Positions 51,416-61,339 of a DNA stretch of 64,000 nucleotides are shown here, piece by piece. The notes under the pieces are model-generated. The model did no database searches, had not been told where the DNA came from, and saw only the letters and a list, made by a program, of their open reading frames with translations. The position numbers and the translations under genes were made by a program. The stretch comes from Ilumatobacteraceae bacterium (GTDB taxonomy: Bacteria > Actinomycetota > Acidimicrobiia > Acidimicrobiales > Ilumatobacteraceae), in assembly GCA_963718705.1 (NCBI GenBank), contig OY970375.1:3461701-3525700 (forward strand). Reading direction: 5' to 3'. Each line of letters starts with the position of its first letter. Within the stretch, counting starts at the first letter, position 1.

Positions 51416-51484
51416 TCTCGTTCCCACGTCGAGGTGTGACGCGTTCGGTCGGACCGAAACGGTCGCACGTGCAAGGCTGGTGGG

Positions 51485-51904
51485 GTGAGCGATCGCCCCC
51501 GGTTCCATCTCGCCTTTCCCGTCCACGACCTGGAGTCAGCGCGCCGGTTCTACGGCGACCTGCTGGGCTGCCCGGAGGGCCGCTCGGCGGACCATTGGGT
51601 CGACTTCGACCTGTTCGGCCATCAGATCGTGGCCCACCTGACCGGCGCTCGATCCGAGCGAGCCGTCAACCCGGTCGACGGCGACGACGTGCCGGTCCCG
51701 CACTTCGGGCTGCTGCTGCGACCGGACCAGTGGCAGACGCTGGCCGACCGTTTGATCGCCGCAGGCACCGAGTTCGTGATCGAGCCGCACGTGCGCTTCG
51801 CCGGCAAGCCGGGTGAACAGCACACGATGTTCCTGCTCGATCCGAGCGGGAACGCACTCGAGTTCAAGGCCTTCGCCGACGACTCGATGATCTTCGCCCG
51901 CTGA
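51485..51904 (+). CDS. VOC-family (glyoxalase/bleomycin resistance/dioxygenase) protein
   Basis: [28 protein letters not shown]… is a typical VOC N-terminus. Confidence 0.75.
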   Translation: MSDRPRFHLAFPVHDLESARRFYGDLLGCPEGRSADHWVDFDLFGHQIVAHLTGARSERAVNPVDGDDVPVPHFGLLLRPDQWQTLADRLIAAGTEFVIEPHVRFAGKPGEQHTMFLLDPSGNALEFKAFADDSMIFAR

Positions 51905-51994
51905 CACGGCGGCGCTGCGGCGGAGGCGGCGCGCACATCATCGCCATGAATTGTCACGATTGTCATGCAATGATCATCGTGGTACGGTTGTGAC

Positions 51995-52444
51995 ATGAGC
52001 GTTGCATTGCGATTGTTCGACGATTTTCCGGCGGTGCCGGCACTGCTCGATCGACCCGCCGTGGAACAGTCACGGCTCGTGCGGCTCACCCGCGATCACC
52101 TGGTGTCGACCGAGCCGAGCGTCGACTACGACGGCCTCGCCGAGGGGCGCCTGTGCACGGTGTTGGCCGCCCGTCAGTGGGTCAAGCGACAGCGCGCCAA
52201 GCACCAACTGTTCGTGATCGAGCACGACGGTCGCACGCTGATTCCCACCTTCCAACTCGACGAGGCGTTCGACCCCGATCAGCGCGTGAGCGCCGCCATC
52301 GATCGCCTGCTCGGTGCCGGCATGTCGGGTTGGGCGATCTGGCAGTGGTTCACGGCCGTCAATCCGTGGATCGAGCAACGCCCGATCGCGGCGATCGGCA
52401 CGCCGCGGCTCGACACCGCCGTCGACGGCCTGCTCGACGCCTGA
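51995..52444 (+). CDS. Xre-type antitoxin (DUF2384; ParS/MbcA-like) of a RES-Xre toxin-antitoxin pair
   Basis: 149 aa. Immediately upstream of a RES-domain gene. C-terminal …GMSGWAIWQWFTAVNPWIEQRPIAAIG is typical of DUF2384. Confidence 0.65.
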   Translation: MSVALRLFDDFPAVPALLDRPAVEQSRLVRLTRDHLVSTEPSVDYDGLAEGRLCTVLAARQWVKRQRAKHQLFVIEHDGRTLIPTFQLDEAFDPDQRVSAAIDRLLGAGMSGWAIWQWFTAVNPWIEQRPIAAIGTPRLDTAVDGLLDA

Positions 52445-52511
52445 CCGGCAGTGTTCGGACCGCGACCCGAGCGCGACATGACGTCGAGCGCGAGATGACC
52501 CGGAGCGCGCT

Positions 52512-53213
52512 ATGACGTCGACCTGGGTCGCTCCGTGCGGTCAGCGTGATTGCCCGATCGTGGCCCCCGACCGGATCGACCGTCGCGCCGTGCGGGTGCT
52601 CTCGTTCCCGGCAGGCACGCAGCAATGGCGCGTGGCGCGAGCTCGGTACGCGGATGCCGTGTTCGCCCCGCCCGGCACCGGAAACGCCCGATTCTCCCCG
52701 CTCGACGGACGCCGGCACACCTACCTGGCCGAGCAACGGTCGGCGGCGCTGCTGGAGTCGGCGCTGCACGAAGCCGACGGCCCGAACCCTCGGATCTACG
52801 TGGCGACGCTGGCCGACTACCGGCTGAACCGTGTGCGGTTTGACGCCCCGTTGCGACTGCTGGACCTGCGCGATCCGGCGCTCACCGCGCTCGGGCTGGA
52901 CCGGCGCCAGCTGACCGGCGCCGGCCCACGCCACTACGCCTGCACCCGCCTGGTGGCCGAGCGGCTGGCGGGCACCAAGCACAGCAACGGCATCGTGTGG
53001 ACCTCGCGCCAGGGCAGGCTGCACGCCGAACGCAACCGCGACGGCCTGGCACACGAGGTGCTGCGTCACGAGAGTCTCGACGTGGCGGTCGTGTACACAC
53101 CCGACTACGCCGGTGCGGCCCGGATCGTCGGGTCGGAGCCGCTCCTGATCGACGCCGCGCCGACCCGGTTCGTGGTCGAACTCGCCAACCTGCTCCGCAT
53201 CGCGATGCTGTGA
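52512..53213 (+). CDS. RES-domain toxin (ParT/MbcT-like NAD-targeting)
   Basis: R-E-S triad context: GNARFSP, …EQRSAALLESALHE…, …VWTSRQG…. Confidence 0.75.
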   Translation: MTSTWVAPCGQRDCPIVAPDRIDRRAVRVLSFPAGTQQWRVARARYADAVFAPPGTGNARFSPLDGRRHTYLAEQRSAALLESALHEADGPNPRIYVATLADYRLNRVRFDAPLRLLDLRDPALTALGLDRRQLTGAGPRHYACTRLVAERLAGTKHSNGIVWTSRQGRLHAERNRDGLAHEVLRHESLDVAVVYTPDYAGAARIVGSEPLLIDAAPTRFVVELANLLRIAML

Positions 53214-53254
53214 GCGGATGCTCCGCCCACGATCGGCCGCCTACGATCGGGAAG

Positions 53255-54277
53255 GTGAAGACGGACTCGTACATCGTCGGTATCGACAACGGCGGCACTG
53301 CCAACAAGTTCACGGTGATCAACGCCGCCGGTGACTACCTGATCGACCGGCTGGTCGAGATCCCGAGCCGGGTCACCGAGGGGCCCGAGATCGCGATCGC
53401 CGCCATGCGGGCCACGTTCGAGGCCGCCGTCGAGATGGCCGGGATCGACGTCGCCGATGTGATCGGCGTCGGGCTCGACACGCCCGGGCCGGCCTCGGCC
53501 AACGGCGTGATCAGCTCCAAGGGCGCCACCAACTTCCCGCAGCAGGCGTGGTGGGGTTTCGACGTGCGCGGCGCGCTGGAGGACGAGCTCGAACGTCCCG
53601 TGATCTACAACAACGACGGCAACGCGGCAGCGTTGTACGCCCACCACGTGCACTTCGGTCACGTGGCGGTCGAGCGCTCGTCGATCTCGGCGATCGTGGG
53701 CACGGGCCTGGGCGGCGGCGTGATCGAGAGCGGACGGATCGTCAAGGGCGCGGCCGGGATGGCGGGCGAACTCGGCCACGTGCACGTGCCGATGCACGGC
53801 CTGTTGGCATCCGATCAGCCGATGCCGCGCTGCAACTGCGGGTTCGAGGGCGACGCCGAGAGCGTCGCCTCGCTGACCGGGATCCGCAACAACCTGCTGC
53901 CCTACTGGCTGACGAAGTATCCCGACCATCCGCTCCACGAGCTCGATGGCTTGGCGGCCGCCAAGCAGGTGCGCGGCTACGGCGAGGGCGGGGACGAGAT
54001 GGCCCGCAAGGTGTTCGAGCAGCAGGCGATGGCGCTCGGGCGGCTGTTCACCGTGGCCGCCAACTTCACCGATCCGGACGTGTATTTCATCGGTGGCGGT
54101 GTGATCGAGACCGAGCCGGCGTTCCGCGACTGGTTCCTCGGTCTGGTGCGCGAGCACACCAACCTGCGCGACGAGCAACGCCGTGTGGCAACCGTCGAAC
54201 TGGCCCCCGACCTCGACATGGCCGGCGCGCGCGGCGCGGCGATCGCCGCCCTCAGCGTGATTGCCCACACTGGCTGA
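53255..54277 (+). CDS. ROK-family sugar kinase (glucokinase/N-acetylglucosamine kinase-like)
   Basis: RBS gggaagg then GTG. IVGIDNGGTANKF…NDGNAAALY… and the ROK zinc motif CNCGFEGDAES. Confidence 0.85.
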   Translation: MKTDSYIVGIDNGGTANKFTVINAAGDYLIDRLVEIPSRVTEGPEIAIAAMRATFEAAVEMAGIDVADVIGVGLDTPGPASANGVISSKGATNFPQQAWWGFDVRGALEDELERPVIYNNDGNAAALYAHHVHFGHVAVERSSISAIVGTGLGGGVIESGRIVKGAAGMAGELGHVHVPMHGLLASDQPMPRCNCGFEGDAESVASLTGIRNNLLPYWLTKYPDHPLHELDGLAAAKQVRGYGEGGDEMARKVFEQQAMALGRLFTVAANFTDPDVYFIGGGVIETEPAFRDWFLGLVREHTNLRDEQRRVATVELAPDLDMAGARGAAIAALSVIAHTG

Positions 54278-54342
54278 GCTCAGGCGCCGCACCGAACCAT
54301 GAATGGCCGATCAGGTGCGGTGAACGCGGTACGATCGAACAC

Positions 54343-54950
54343 GTGTTCTGGCAAGCATCGTTGTTCGGCGGGCAAGCACCCGAGTTCGACGCCGAGTTCG
54401 GCGAGTTGCACCGGATCCAGCTCGACGCCCGTTCCTGGATCGATCACGCTCCGGGCTGGCTGACCGGCTCGGACCAACTGTTCGACGAGCTCAGCGGCAT
54501 GCTGGCGTTCCACCAGCGCACCGGCGTCAAAATGTACGACCGGTTGGTGGACGAACCGCGCCTGACCGCCTGGTGGAAAGTGTCGAGCGGCTCCGCCGAA
54601 CCGCTGCCGATCCTGGCCTCGATGCGGCACCTGCTCGCCGACCGCTACACCGAGCCGTTCGACTCGATCGGGTTCAACCTGTACCGCGACGGCAACGACT
54701 CGGTCGCCTGGCATGCCGATCGCCACGCTCACGTGGTCACCAACCCGGTGATCGCAATCGTCAGCGTCGGCGCGCCGCGCGCCCGTTCCGCGTGCGGCCG
54801 ATGAGCGGCGGTGGGTCGTTGTCGTGGAACCTCGGCAACGGCGACCTGTTCGTGATGGGCGGCGCCTGCCAGCACGAGTGGGAGCACACCGTGCCCAAGG
54901 TGCGCCGCACCGACGGCCCGCGCATGAGCCTCACCTTCCGCTCGGTCTGA
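54343..54950 (+). CDS. alkB: AlkB-family 2OG-Fe(II) dioxygenase (DNA/RNA alkylation repair), single frameshift near 54785
   Basis: …VAWHADRHAHVVTNPVIAIVSVGAPR in frame 1, then …SLSWNLGNGDLFVMGGACQHEWEHTVPKVRRTDGPRMSLTFRSV in the next frame. Confidence 0.7.
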
Positions 54951-55126
54951 ACCACACCGGAATCGGCCACACCGCCGGCGTGGACAGTGGCGTTCACCGG
55001 CTGCTCCGCGACGTCGCACGACGGGACACACTCGGCCTACGGTCCGCCGCACCGACGGCCCGCGCATGAGCCTCACCTTCCGCTCGGTCTGATCGACACC
55101 GGAATCGGCCACACTGCTGGGGTGGA
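54903..55126. repeat. 82-bp direct repeat (about 93% identity; copies 54903-54984 and 55045-55126) duplicating the alkB 3' end and stop codon into the spoU upstream region
   Basis: cgccgcaccgacggcccgcgcatgagcctcaccttccgctcggtctga(a/t)c(c/g)acaccggaatcggccacac(c/t)gc(c/t)gg(c/g)gtgga appears twice. Confidence 0.85.
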
Positions 55127-55937
55127 GCGCATCACCGATGCCGAGGACGTGCGGCTCGGCGACTACCGACAGCTCCGCGACGCGGCGGCGAGGCGACACA
55201 TCGAGGGTGACCAGTTCTTCGTTGCCGAGGGCCCCACGTCGATCGAGCGGCTGCTCGTGTCCGGGCATCGGGTGCGGTCGGTCGTGGTGTCGGAGCAGAA
55301 GTACACCCGGATGGCCGGAATGTTGGACACGCTCGACGCGCCGATCTACGTCGTGACCACCGCGCTCTTGCACGAGATCGTCGGGTTCGACCTGCACCGC
55401 GGCGCGATCGCCGCCGCCGATCGCCGGCCGCAACCGACCCTGAGCGAGCTGCTCGCCGGCACCACCAGGGTCGCCGTGCTGGAGGGGCTCAACGACCCCG
55501 AGAACCTGGGAGCCGTCGCCCGGTCGGCGCGCGCACTGGGTGTGCAGGCATTCGTGCTCGATCCGACGTGCATCGACCCCTACACGCGGCGCACCGTGCG
55601 GGTCAGCATGGGCGAGATCCTGTTCATGGCGACCCATCGCGCCACCGCCGAGGAATGGCCCGTCAGCACGCTCTCGTCACTGGCAGCCGCCGGCTTCGAG
55701 ACGTGGGCGATGACCCCGGCAGACGACAGTCACGACATCTGGTCGCTCGAGCCACCCGAGCGGCTGGCGATCATGCTCGGTGCCGAGGGCCCGGGCCTCA
55801 GCAGGGCGGCGATCGCCGCCAGCACACGGCGGGTCAGGATCCCGATCGCCGACGACGTCGACTCGCTCAACGTCGGCGCCGCCGCAGCGGTCACCTTCGC
55901 CATCGCCAACCGCCGTTCCGGTCACCGAACCGACTGA
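55123..55937 (+). CDS. SpoU/TrmH-family RNA 2'-O-methyltransferase
   Basis: …VAVLEGLNDPENLGAVARSARALG…IPIADDVDSLNVGAAAAVTF (SPOUT motifs). GTG start inside the second repeat copy. Confidence 0.75.
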
Positions 55938-56000
55938 CCCGGCGGGCGGTTTGGTGACCAGAACGGGGTGTGCGGGGCTGCGACCGGGCAAGCTGGGGTG

Positions 56001-56585
56001 ATGGCCGAACACCCGATCTCGCGGTTCCCGATCCCCGACCTGGCCGATCTGCCCGATGACATCAGGGACCAGATCCTCGCCGTGCAGGAGAAGTCGGGGT
56101 TCATCCCCAACGTGTTCCTGGCGTTCGCCCGCCGGCCGGCCGAGTTCCGCGCCTTCTTCGCCTTCCACGACGCACTCATGGAGCGCCCGCCGGCAGCCGA
56201 CGGGAGCGGGCTCAGCAAGGCCGAACGCGAGCTGATCGTGGTCGCCACGTCGGCCACCAACCAGTGCCTGTACTGCGTGGTCGCCCACGGTGCGATCCTG
56301 CGGATCCGTGCCAAGAACCCGTTGCTCGCCGATCAGGTGGCCACCAACCCGCAGAAGGCCGATCTCACCGATCGGCAACGGGCGATCGTGGAGTTGGCGT
56401 TGAAGGTGGCCGGCGACTCGGCGTCGGTCTCCGATGCCGACCTCGAGGCGATGCGATCGAAGGGCTTCACCGACGACGAGATCTGGGACATCGGCGCCAT
56501 CACCGCCCTGTTCGCGTTGTCGAACCGCTACGCCAACTTCGGCGGGATGCGCCCCAACGACGAGTTCTACTCGCTCGGCCGCTGA
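56001..56585 (+). CDS. carboxymuconolactone decarboxylase / AhpD-like peroxidase-related family protein
   Basis: AhpD-family motif …ATNQCLYCVVAHG…. Confidence 0.75.
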   Translation: MAEHPISRFPIPDLADLPDDIRDQILAVQEKSGFIPNVFLAFARRPAEFRAFFAFHDALMERPPAADGSGLSKAERELIVVATSATNQCLYCVVAHGAILRIRAKNPLLADQVATNPQKADLTDRQRAIVELALKVAGDSASVSDADLEAMRSKGFTDDEIWDIGAITALFALSNRYANFGGMRPNDEFYSLGR

Positions 56586-56623
56586 CCGCGAACCAGCCGC
56601 GAGCGGGAGACGTAGAGTCGGGC

Positions 56624-57046
56624 ATGCAGCTCACCCGCACTCTCCGCCCCCTTGCCATCACCGTTGCCGGTGTCGCCCTCACGCTCGCCGCCTGTGGTGG
56701 CGGGAGTGACTCGGCAGCCACCACCGACGCCCCTGCCCCGGCCGCGACGGACGCCGCACCGGCTGGAACCGACGCTTCACCGGCACCGGCAGCGGCCACC
56801 GGCGATGCGGCGATCACGATTGCGTCGTTCTCGTTCTCCGGCATCACCGAAGTGCCGGCCGGCACCACGGTCACGATCACCAACAACGACTCGGCGCCCC
56901 ACACGCTGACCGCAGACGACGGCTCGTTCGATACGGGCGGGATCGGGCCGGGCGAGTCGGTCACGCTCACGTTCGATACGGCAGGAACCTTCACGTTCCA
57001 CTGCGAGATCCACTCCAGCATGAAGGGTTCGATCACCGTCACGTGA
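56624..57046 (+). CDS. small cupredoxin-like lipoprotein
   Basis: Lipobox LTLAACGG. C-terminal …TFTFHCEIHSSMKGSITV resembles a type-1 copper (Cys-His-Met) site. Confidence 0.55.
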   Translation: MQLTRTLRPLAITVAGVALTLAACGGGSDSAATTDAPAPAATDAAPAGTDASPAPAAATGDAAITIASFSFSGITEVPAGTTVTITNNDSAPHTLTADDGSFDTGGIGPGESVTLTFDTAGTFTFHCEIHSSMKGSITVT

Positions 57047-57169
57047 CCACCAGCGGGCAGTGCCTGCGTCCGGATTGGGTTACCGTCGGGGCCTGATCGG
57101 GAATAGCGGAGGTCCGAGTCGGTTGCACGCCTGTTCGCTCGCCGCTCGGCAGCCGACGGGAGCTCGCAC

Positions 57170-58036
57170 ATGACCACAACCGGATCCGAACGTTCGTCAC
57201 AGTTCGCGATCGGCGGCGTGGCTGTCGCCGGCGTGGCGCTGTTGTTGGCGATCGTGATGGCGGTCCGCGGCGGGAGTGTGTCGGACCCGGCCTCCGCATC
57301 TGCCGGCGATGACAGCGCCGAACAGCCCGCTGACCTGGTGGACGACGGGGCCGTGGCTGACCCTGGTGCCGACCCGCTCGACGTGGTCCGCTCCTCGGCC
57401 GAAGCGATGGGTGCGGTCACCAGCGTCGAGTTCGAACTCGACCGCGACGGGGCGCCGATCTACGTCGACCAGTTCGGCAAGATCGCGCTCGACGGCTTGC
57501 GTGGCCAGTTCACCGTGCCGACCAAGGCCCAGGCCGAACTCAGCGTGACCGTCAACGGCACGCTCGCCACCCGGCTCGGGGCGGTGGCGATCGACGACGA
57601 GGTGTGGATCTCGAACCCGGTCACGGGCAACTTCGAGACACTGCCGGCCGGCTACGACATCGACCCGTCGCGGTTCTTCGACCCCGAGGGTGGCTGGAAG
57701 CCGCTGCTCGCCAACCTGACGGGGATCAGCCTGGTCGGCATCGAGAACCGCGGCGGTGAGCGGTACCACGTGCGCGGCACGGCGTCGGCAGAGCAGGTTC
57801 GCAATATCACCGTCAACCTGGTGCGCGACCAGGACGTGGCCGTCGACTTCTGGATCCATCCCGGCACGTTCCTGGTGACCGCGGCCGAGTTCGAGACCGT
57901 GTTCGAGGGGTCCGACAACGCCGCCGACCCGGCGACCGCCCTGCCGGTGACACAGTGGCAGTTGGAACTGCGGCGCTACGGCCAGACGTTCCGGATCGAA
58001 CCGCCCACCAACCTGCGCGTCGAGACAGGGGCCTGA
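57170..58036 (+). CDS. lprG: LppX/LprAFG-family lipoprotein (LprG-like)
   Basis: N-terminal membrane anchor, about 250-aa LprG-like fold, and pairing with a downstream MFS pump as in mycobacterial lprG-p55. Confidence 0.7.
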   Translation: MTTTGSERSSQFAIGGVAVAGVALLLAIVMAVRGGSVSDPASASAGDDSAEQPADLVDDGAVADPGADPLDVVRSSAEAMGAVTSVEFELDRDGAPIYVDQFGKIALDGLRGQFTVPTKAQAELSVTVNGTLATRLGAVAIDDEVWISNPVTGNFETLPAGYDIDPSRFFDPEGGWKPLLANLTGISLVGIENRGGERYHVRGTASAEQVRNITVNLVRDQDVAVDFWIHPGTFLVTAAEFETVFEGSDNAADPATALPVTQWQLELRRYGQTFRIEPPTNLRVETGA

Positions 58037-58038
58037 CC

Positions 58039-60467
58039 ATGGACGACACGATCGACCAAACCTCGACGTTCCGCAAGCGGCCGTCCCCGGCGGCGATCCT
58101 GGCCGTGGTCGGCTTCAGCGTGTTCGTGGCAGCCGACGACCTGACCGTCGTCTCCACCATGCTGCGCCCGATCATCGGCGACCTCGGGCTGGTGTTGCCC
58201 GACGGGCTCGACGACGCGGCGTGGGTGGTCAACGCCTACCTGATCGCATTCGTGGCGATCATGCCGATCGCCGGCCGGATCAGCGACGTGCTCGGGCGGC
58301 GGCGCACGTTCATCGGCGCCTACACGATCTTCCTGCTCGGCTCGATCCTGATCCCCTACACGACGATGCTCGACGACCCCTCGTACCGCTGGTTCCTGGT
58401 TGGCCGCGTGATGACGGCGATCGGCGGCGGGGCGATGGTGCCGGTGGCGTTGGCGGTGATCGGCGACGTGTATCCCGAGGGCCGGCGGGCCGAGCTCTCG
58501 GCACGCTCGGAGCGATCGAGACGCTGGGCTGGGTGTGGGGCCCGCTGTACGGCGCCGTGCTCGTGCGGTTCCTGTCGTGGCAGTGGCAGTTCTGGCTCAA
58601 CATCCCGCTGGCACTGGTGGGCATGGCGGCAGCATGGTGGGCGCTGGCCGACCACGACCGCCCGCAACACGGCGCCCGGATCGACTGGACGGGCGCCTCG
58701 CTGCTCACGATCGCGCTGGTGTCGCTCAACGTGGCGCTGCTCGGCTCGGCCGAGATCCAGAGCGTCAACGGGCTGCAGGAACTCACCGGTCAGGGTGCCG
58801 ACCTGCGCTGGCTGTACCCGGTGGCGCTGGTGGCCGGCGCGTTGTTCGTGTGGCAGCAGCGCCACAGCCGCAACCCACTGATCGACCGGCGCATGTTCCG
58901 GCTGTCCGAGCGCTCGGGGCGCAACCTCGTGGCAGCACTGGTCGTGAACTTCGTGGTCGGGGCCGGGCTCGTGATCGCCATGGTCGACGTGCCGCTGTTC
59001 ATCAACTCGGTCGAATTGAACCTCGAACACGCAGCCGTGATCTCTGGCTGGATCATGTCGGCGATGACCGCCGCGATGGCGGTCACGTCGTACCTCGGTG
59101 GCCGGATCACCGAACGGGTCTGGTTCCGGCCACCGGTGCTGGCGGGCGTGGCGATGTCGACCGCCGCCTACGCCTGGATGGGCGCGACGTGGAACGTCGA
59201 CACGTCGTACCCGGTGTTCGCACTGCAGCTGGCGCTGCTCGGCGCCGGGTTCGGACTCACCGTGGCACCCACCACCAGCGCCGTGGTGGACCAGGCGCCG
59301 CCCGACCAGCGCGGTGCGGCGGCCTCGATCGTGATGGTCGTACGCCTGCTCGGCCTGTCGGTCGGACTCTCGGCGCTCACGGCGTGGGGCCTGGCCCGGT
59401 TCAACGCCCTGCGCTCGACGATCGACCTGCCCCCGCTCACCGACCCCGGCTTCGACAAAGCGCTGCAAGCAGCCTCCGAAACCCTGACCGCCAAGGCGAT
59501 CGCCGAAACCTTCACCGCCGCCGCCGTGGTGGTCGGCGCCGGTCTGATCGCCACCTTCGTCATGCGCCGCGCCGACGCACCAGGAGCTCTCATGAACACC
59601 GAACACACCGAACAGCCCGACCCGGACGAACTGCTGATCGCCCATGTCGACGGCACGACCGACCAGCCGATCGACCAGCTGGTCGACCAGCCCGCCGCTG
59701 CGCCGATCGAGCCGGGCCTGTTGCCCGAACCGATGCCGATGCCGCAACCGGTCCACGCCGCGGTCGGGGCGGTGGCGATCGACGCCTTGCAACGGCGGCT
59801 CAACGTGTTGATCGGCATGCTGGGTCTGCTGCTGGCAGCCGCCTTCGTCACGATCGCGCTGCTGTTCGGGCGCGTCGGCGACGCCCGCGCCGACGCCTCG
59901 GCGGCCCGAACCGAGGCATTGGCGGCCCGAACCGAGCTCGACACGGCTCGCTCCGATCTGGAACGGGTCGAGGCCGGTGCGGCGCTGTACGCCTCGCAGA
60001 TCGACGGGTTCCAGTCGAAGCTGACCGAGCTGCAACCCCAGATCGCCGAAGGCGTGCAATCGGCGATCGACGGGTTGCGTGAGTTCGGTGGCTCCACGAT
60101 CACGTTCCCGGTCAAGATCGACCAGGTGCTCCCGATCGACACCGAGGTCAAGATCCAGCGCACCGTGCAGGTGCCGATCAAGACCACGATCCCGATCAAG
60201 CAGTCGTTCGACACCACGATCCAGATCAGCACGCCGCTCGGCAAGGTGCCGCTCGACGTGACGGTGCCGGTCAACGTGGACGTGCCGATCGACCTGGTGG
60301 TCGACATCCCGATCGACGAGACGGTGCCGATCAAGGACGAGTTCCCGATCAAGCTCGACATCCCGATCTCGATCGACGTCGGCCAGACCGAACTGGCCAA
60401 CCTCACCGAGTCGATCGCAGCCGGGCTCGAGTCGTTGCAGGCCATGCTCGACGGGCTCGGCACCTGA
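58039..60467 (+). CDS. MFS efflux transporter (P55-like) with a roughly 300-aa C-terminal extension (coiled coil plus VP(I/V)D-type short repeats); single frameshift near 58495
   Basis: N-terminal MFS helices in frame 1 to …GDVYPEGRRA. Continuation GALGTLGAIETLGWVWGPL… in frame 0 (14 TM in total). The tail reads …ARTEALAARTELDTARSDLERVEAGAALYASQIDGFQSKLTELQ…PIKTTIPIKQSFDTTIQISTPLGKVPLDVTVPVNVDVPIDLVVDIPIDETVPIKDEFPIKLDIPISIDV. Confidence 0.75.
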
Positions 60468-60500
60468 CGTTCAAGTTGTGTCAGACACAACTTGAACGTC
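60466..60500. repeat. palindrome copy c: gacgttcaagttgtgtc-a-gacacaacttgaacgtc
   Basis: Overlaps the MFS stop codon (tga 60465-60467). Lies 29 bp upstream of the GntR start. Confidence 0.9.
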
Positions 60501-60528
60501 TGGCATGTCGTGACATACTGACAACGCC

Positions 60529-61269
60529 GTGACCGATCTGCCGATCACCCTCAACCGGGTCAGCCCGGTGCCGCTGTACCACCAGCTGGCGCAGCAGTTG
60601 ATGGCGGCGGTCGAGGACGGCCGGCTGCCCAAGGGTGGGTTCCTCGACAACGAGATCGAGCTCGCCGAACGATGGCAGGTGTCGCGGCCCACGGTGCGCA
60701 AGGCGATCGAAGACCTGGTCGGTGCCGGCGTGATGGTGCGCCGCCGCGGCGTGGGCACGCAGGTCGTGAGCGATCAGGTTCGGCGTCCGTTCAAGCTCAC
60801 CAGCCTGTTCGACGACCTCGCCGAGTCAGGTCGGCACCCGATCACCCGGGTCGTGCAGCACGAGACGATCGCGGCCGATGCCGACGTGGCCGAGGCGCTC
60901 GGGATCGCCGACGGTGCGCCCGTCGTCCACATCGAACGCACCCGAGCGGTGGGAACCACACCACTGGCCGTGCTGCGCAACTGGCTGATCATCGACGTCG
61001 CCGGTTCGATCAGCCCCGACGACCTCGGTCGGACCGGGTTGTACGCGCTGCTGCGAGAACGCGGCGTGCGACCGCATGCGGCCACGCAGCGGCTGGGCGC
61101 CGTCGCCGCCGACGACCGCGACGCGTCACTGCTCCATGTGTCGATCGGGGCCCCACTGGTCACGATGCGGCGGGTGATGAGCGACGACGCCGGCCGGATC
61201 GTGGAACTCGGCGACCACCGCTACGACGCCGCCCACTACAGCGTCGAACTCAACGTGCTCGAAAGTTGA
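60529..61269 (+). CDS. GntR-family transcriptional regulator, HutC subfamily (N-terminal wHTH plus C-terminal UTRA domain)
   Basis: …PLYHQLAQQLMAAVEDGRLPKGGFLDNEIELAERWQVSRPTVRKAIEDLVGAGVMVRRRGVGTQV then a UTRA-like region. Confidence 0.85.
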   Translation: MTDLPITLNRVSPVPLYHQLAQQLMAAVEDGRLPKGGFLDNEIELAERWQVSRPTVRKAIEDLVGAGVMVRRRGVGTQVVSDQVRRPFKLTSLFDDLAESGRHPITRVVQHETIAADADVAEALGIADGAPVVHIERTRAVGTTPLAVLRNWLIIDVAGSISPDDLGRTGLYALLRERGVRPHAATQRLGAVAADDRDASLLHVSIGAPLVTMRRVMSDDAGRIVELGDHRYDAAHYSVELNVLES

Positions 61270-61282
61270 AACCCGTCGCTGA

Positions 61283-61317
61283 TGTTCAAGTTGTGTCTGA
61301 CACAACTTGAACATCAG
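61283..61317. repeat. palindrome copy d: gatgttcaagttgtgtc-t-gacacaacttgaacatc (outer arm variant atg/cat, compensated)
   Basis: 14 bp downstream of the GntR stop. The extended arms (cccgtcgctgatg… / …catcagcggacgg) are also complementary. Confidence 0.9.
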
Positions 61318-61339
61318 CGGACGGTGACGGGTTCACGAC

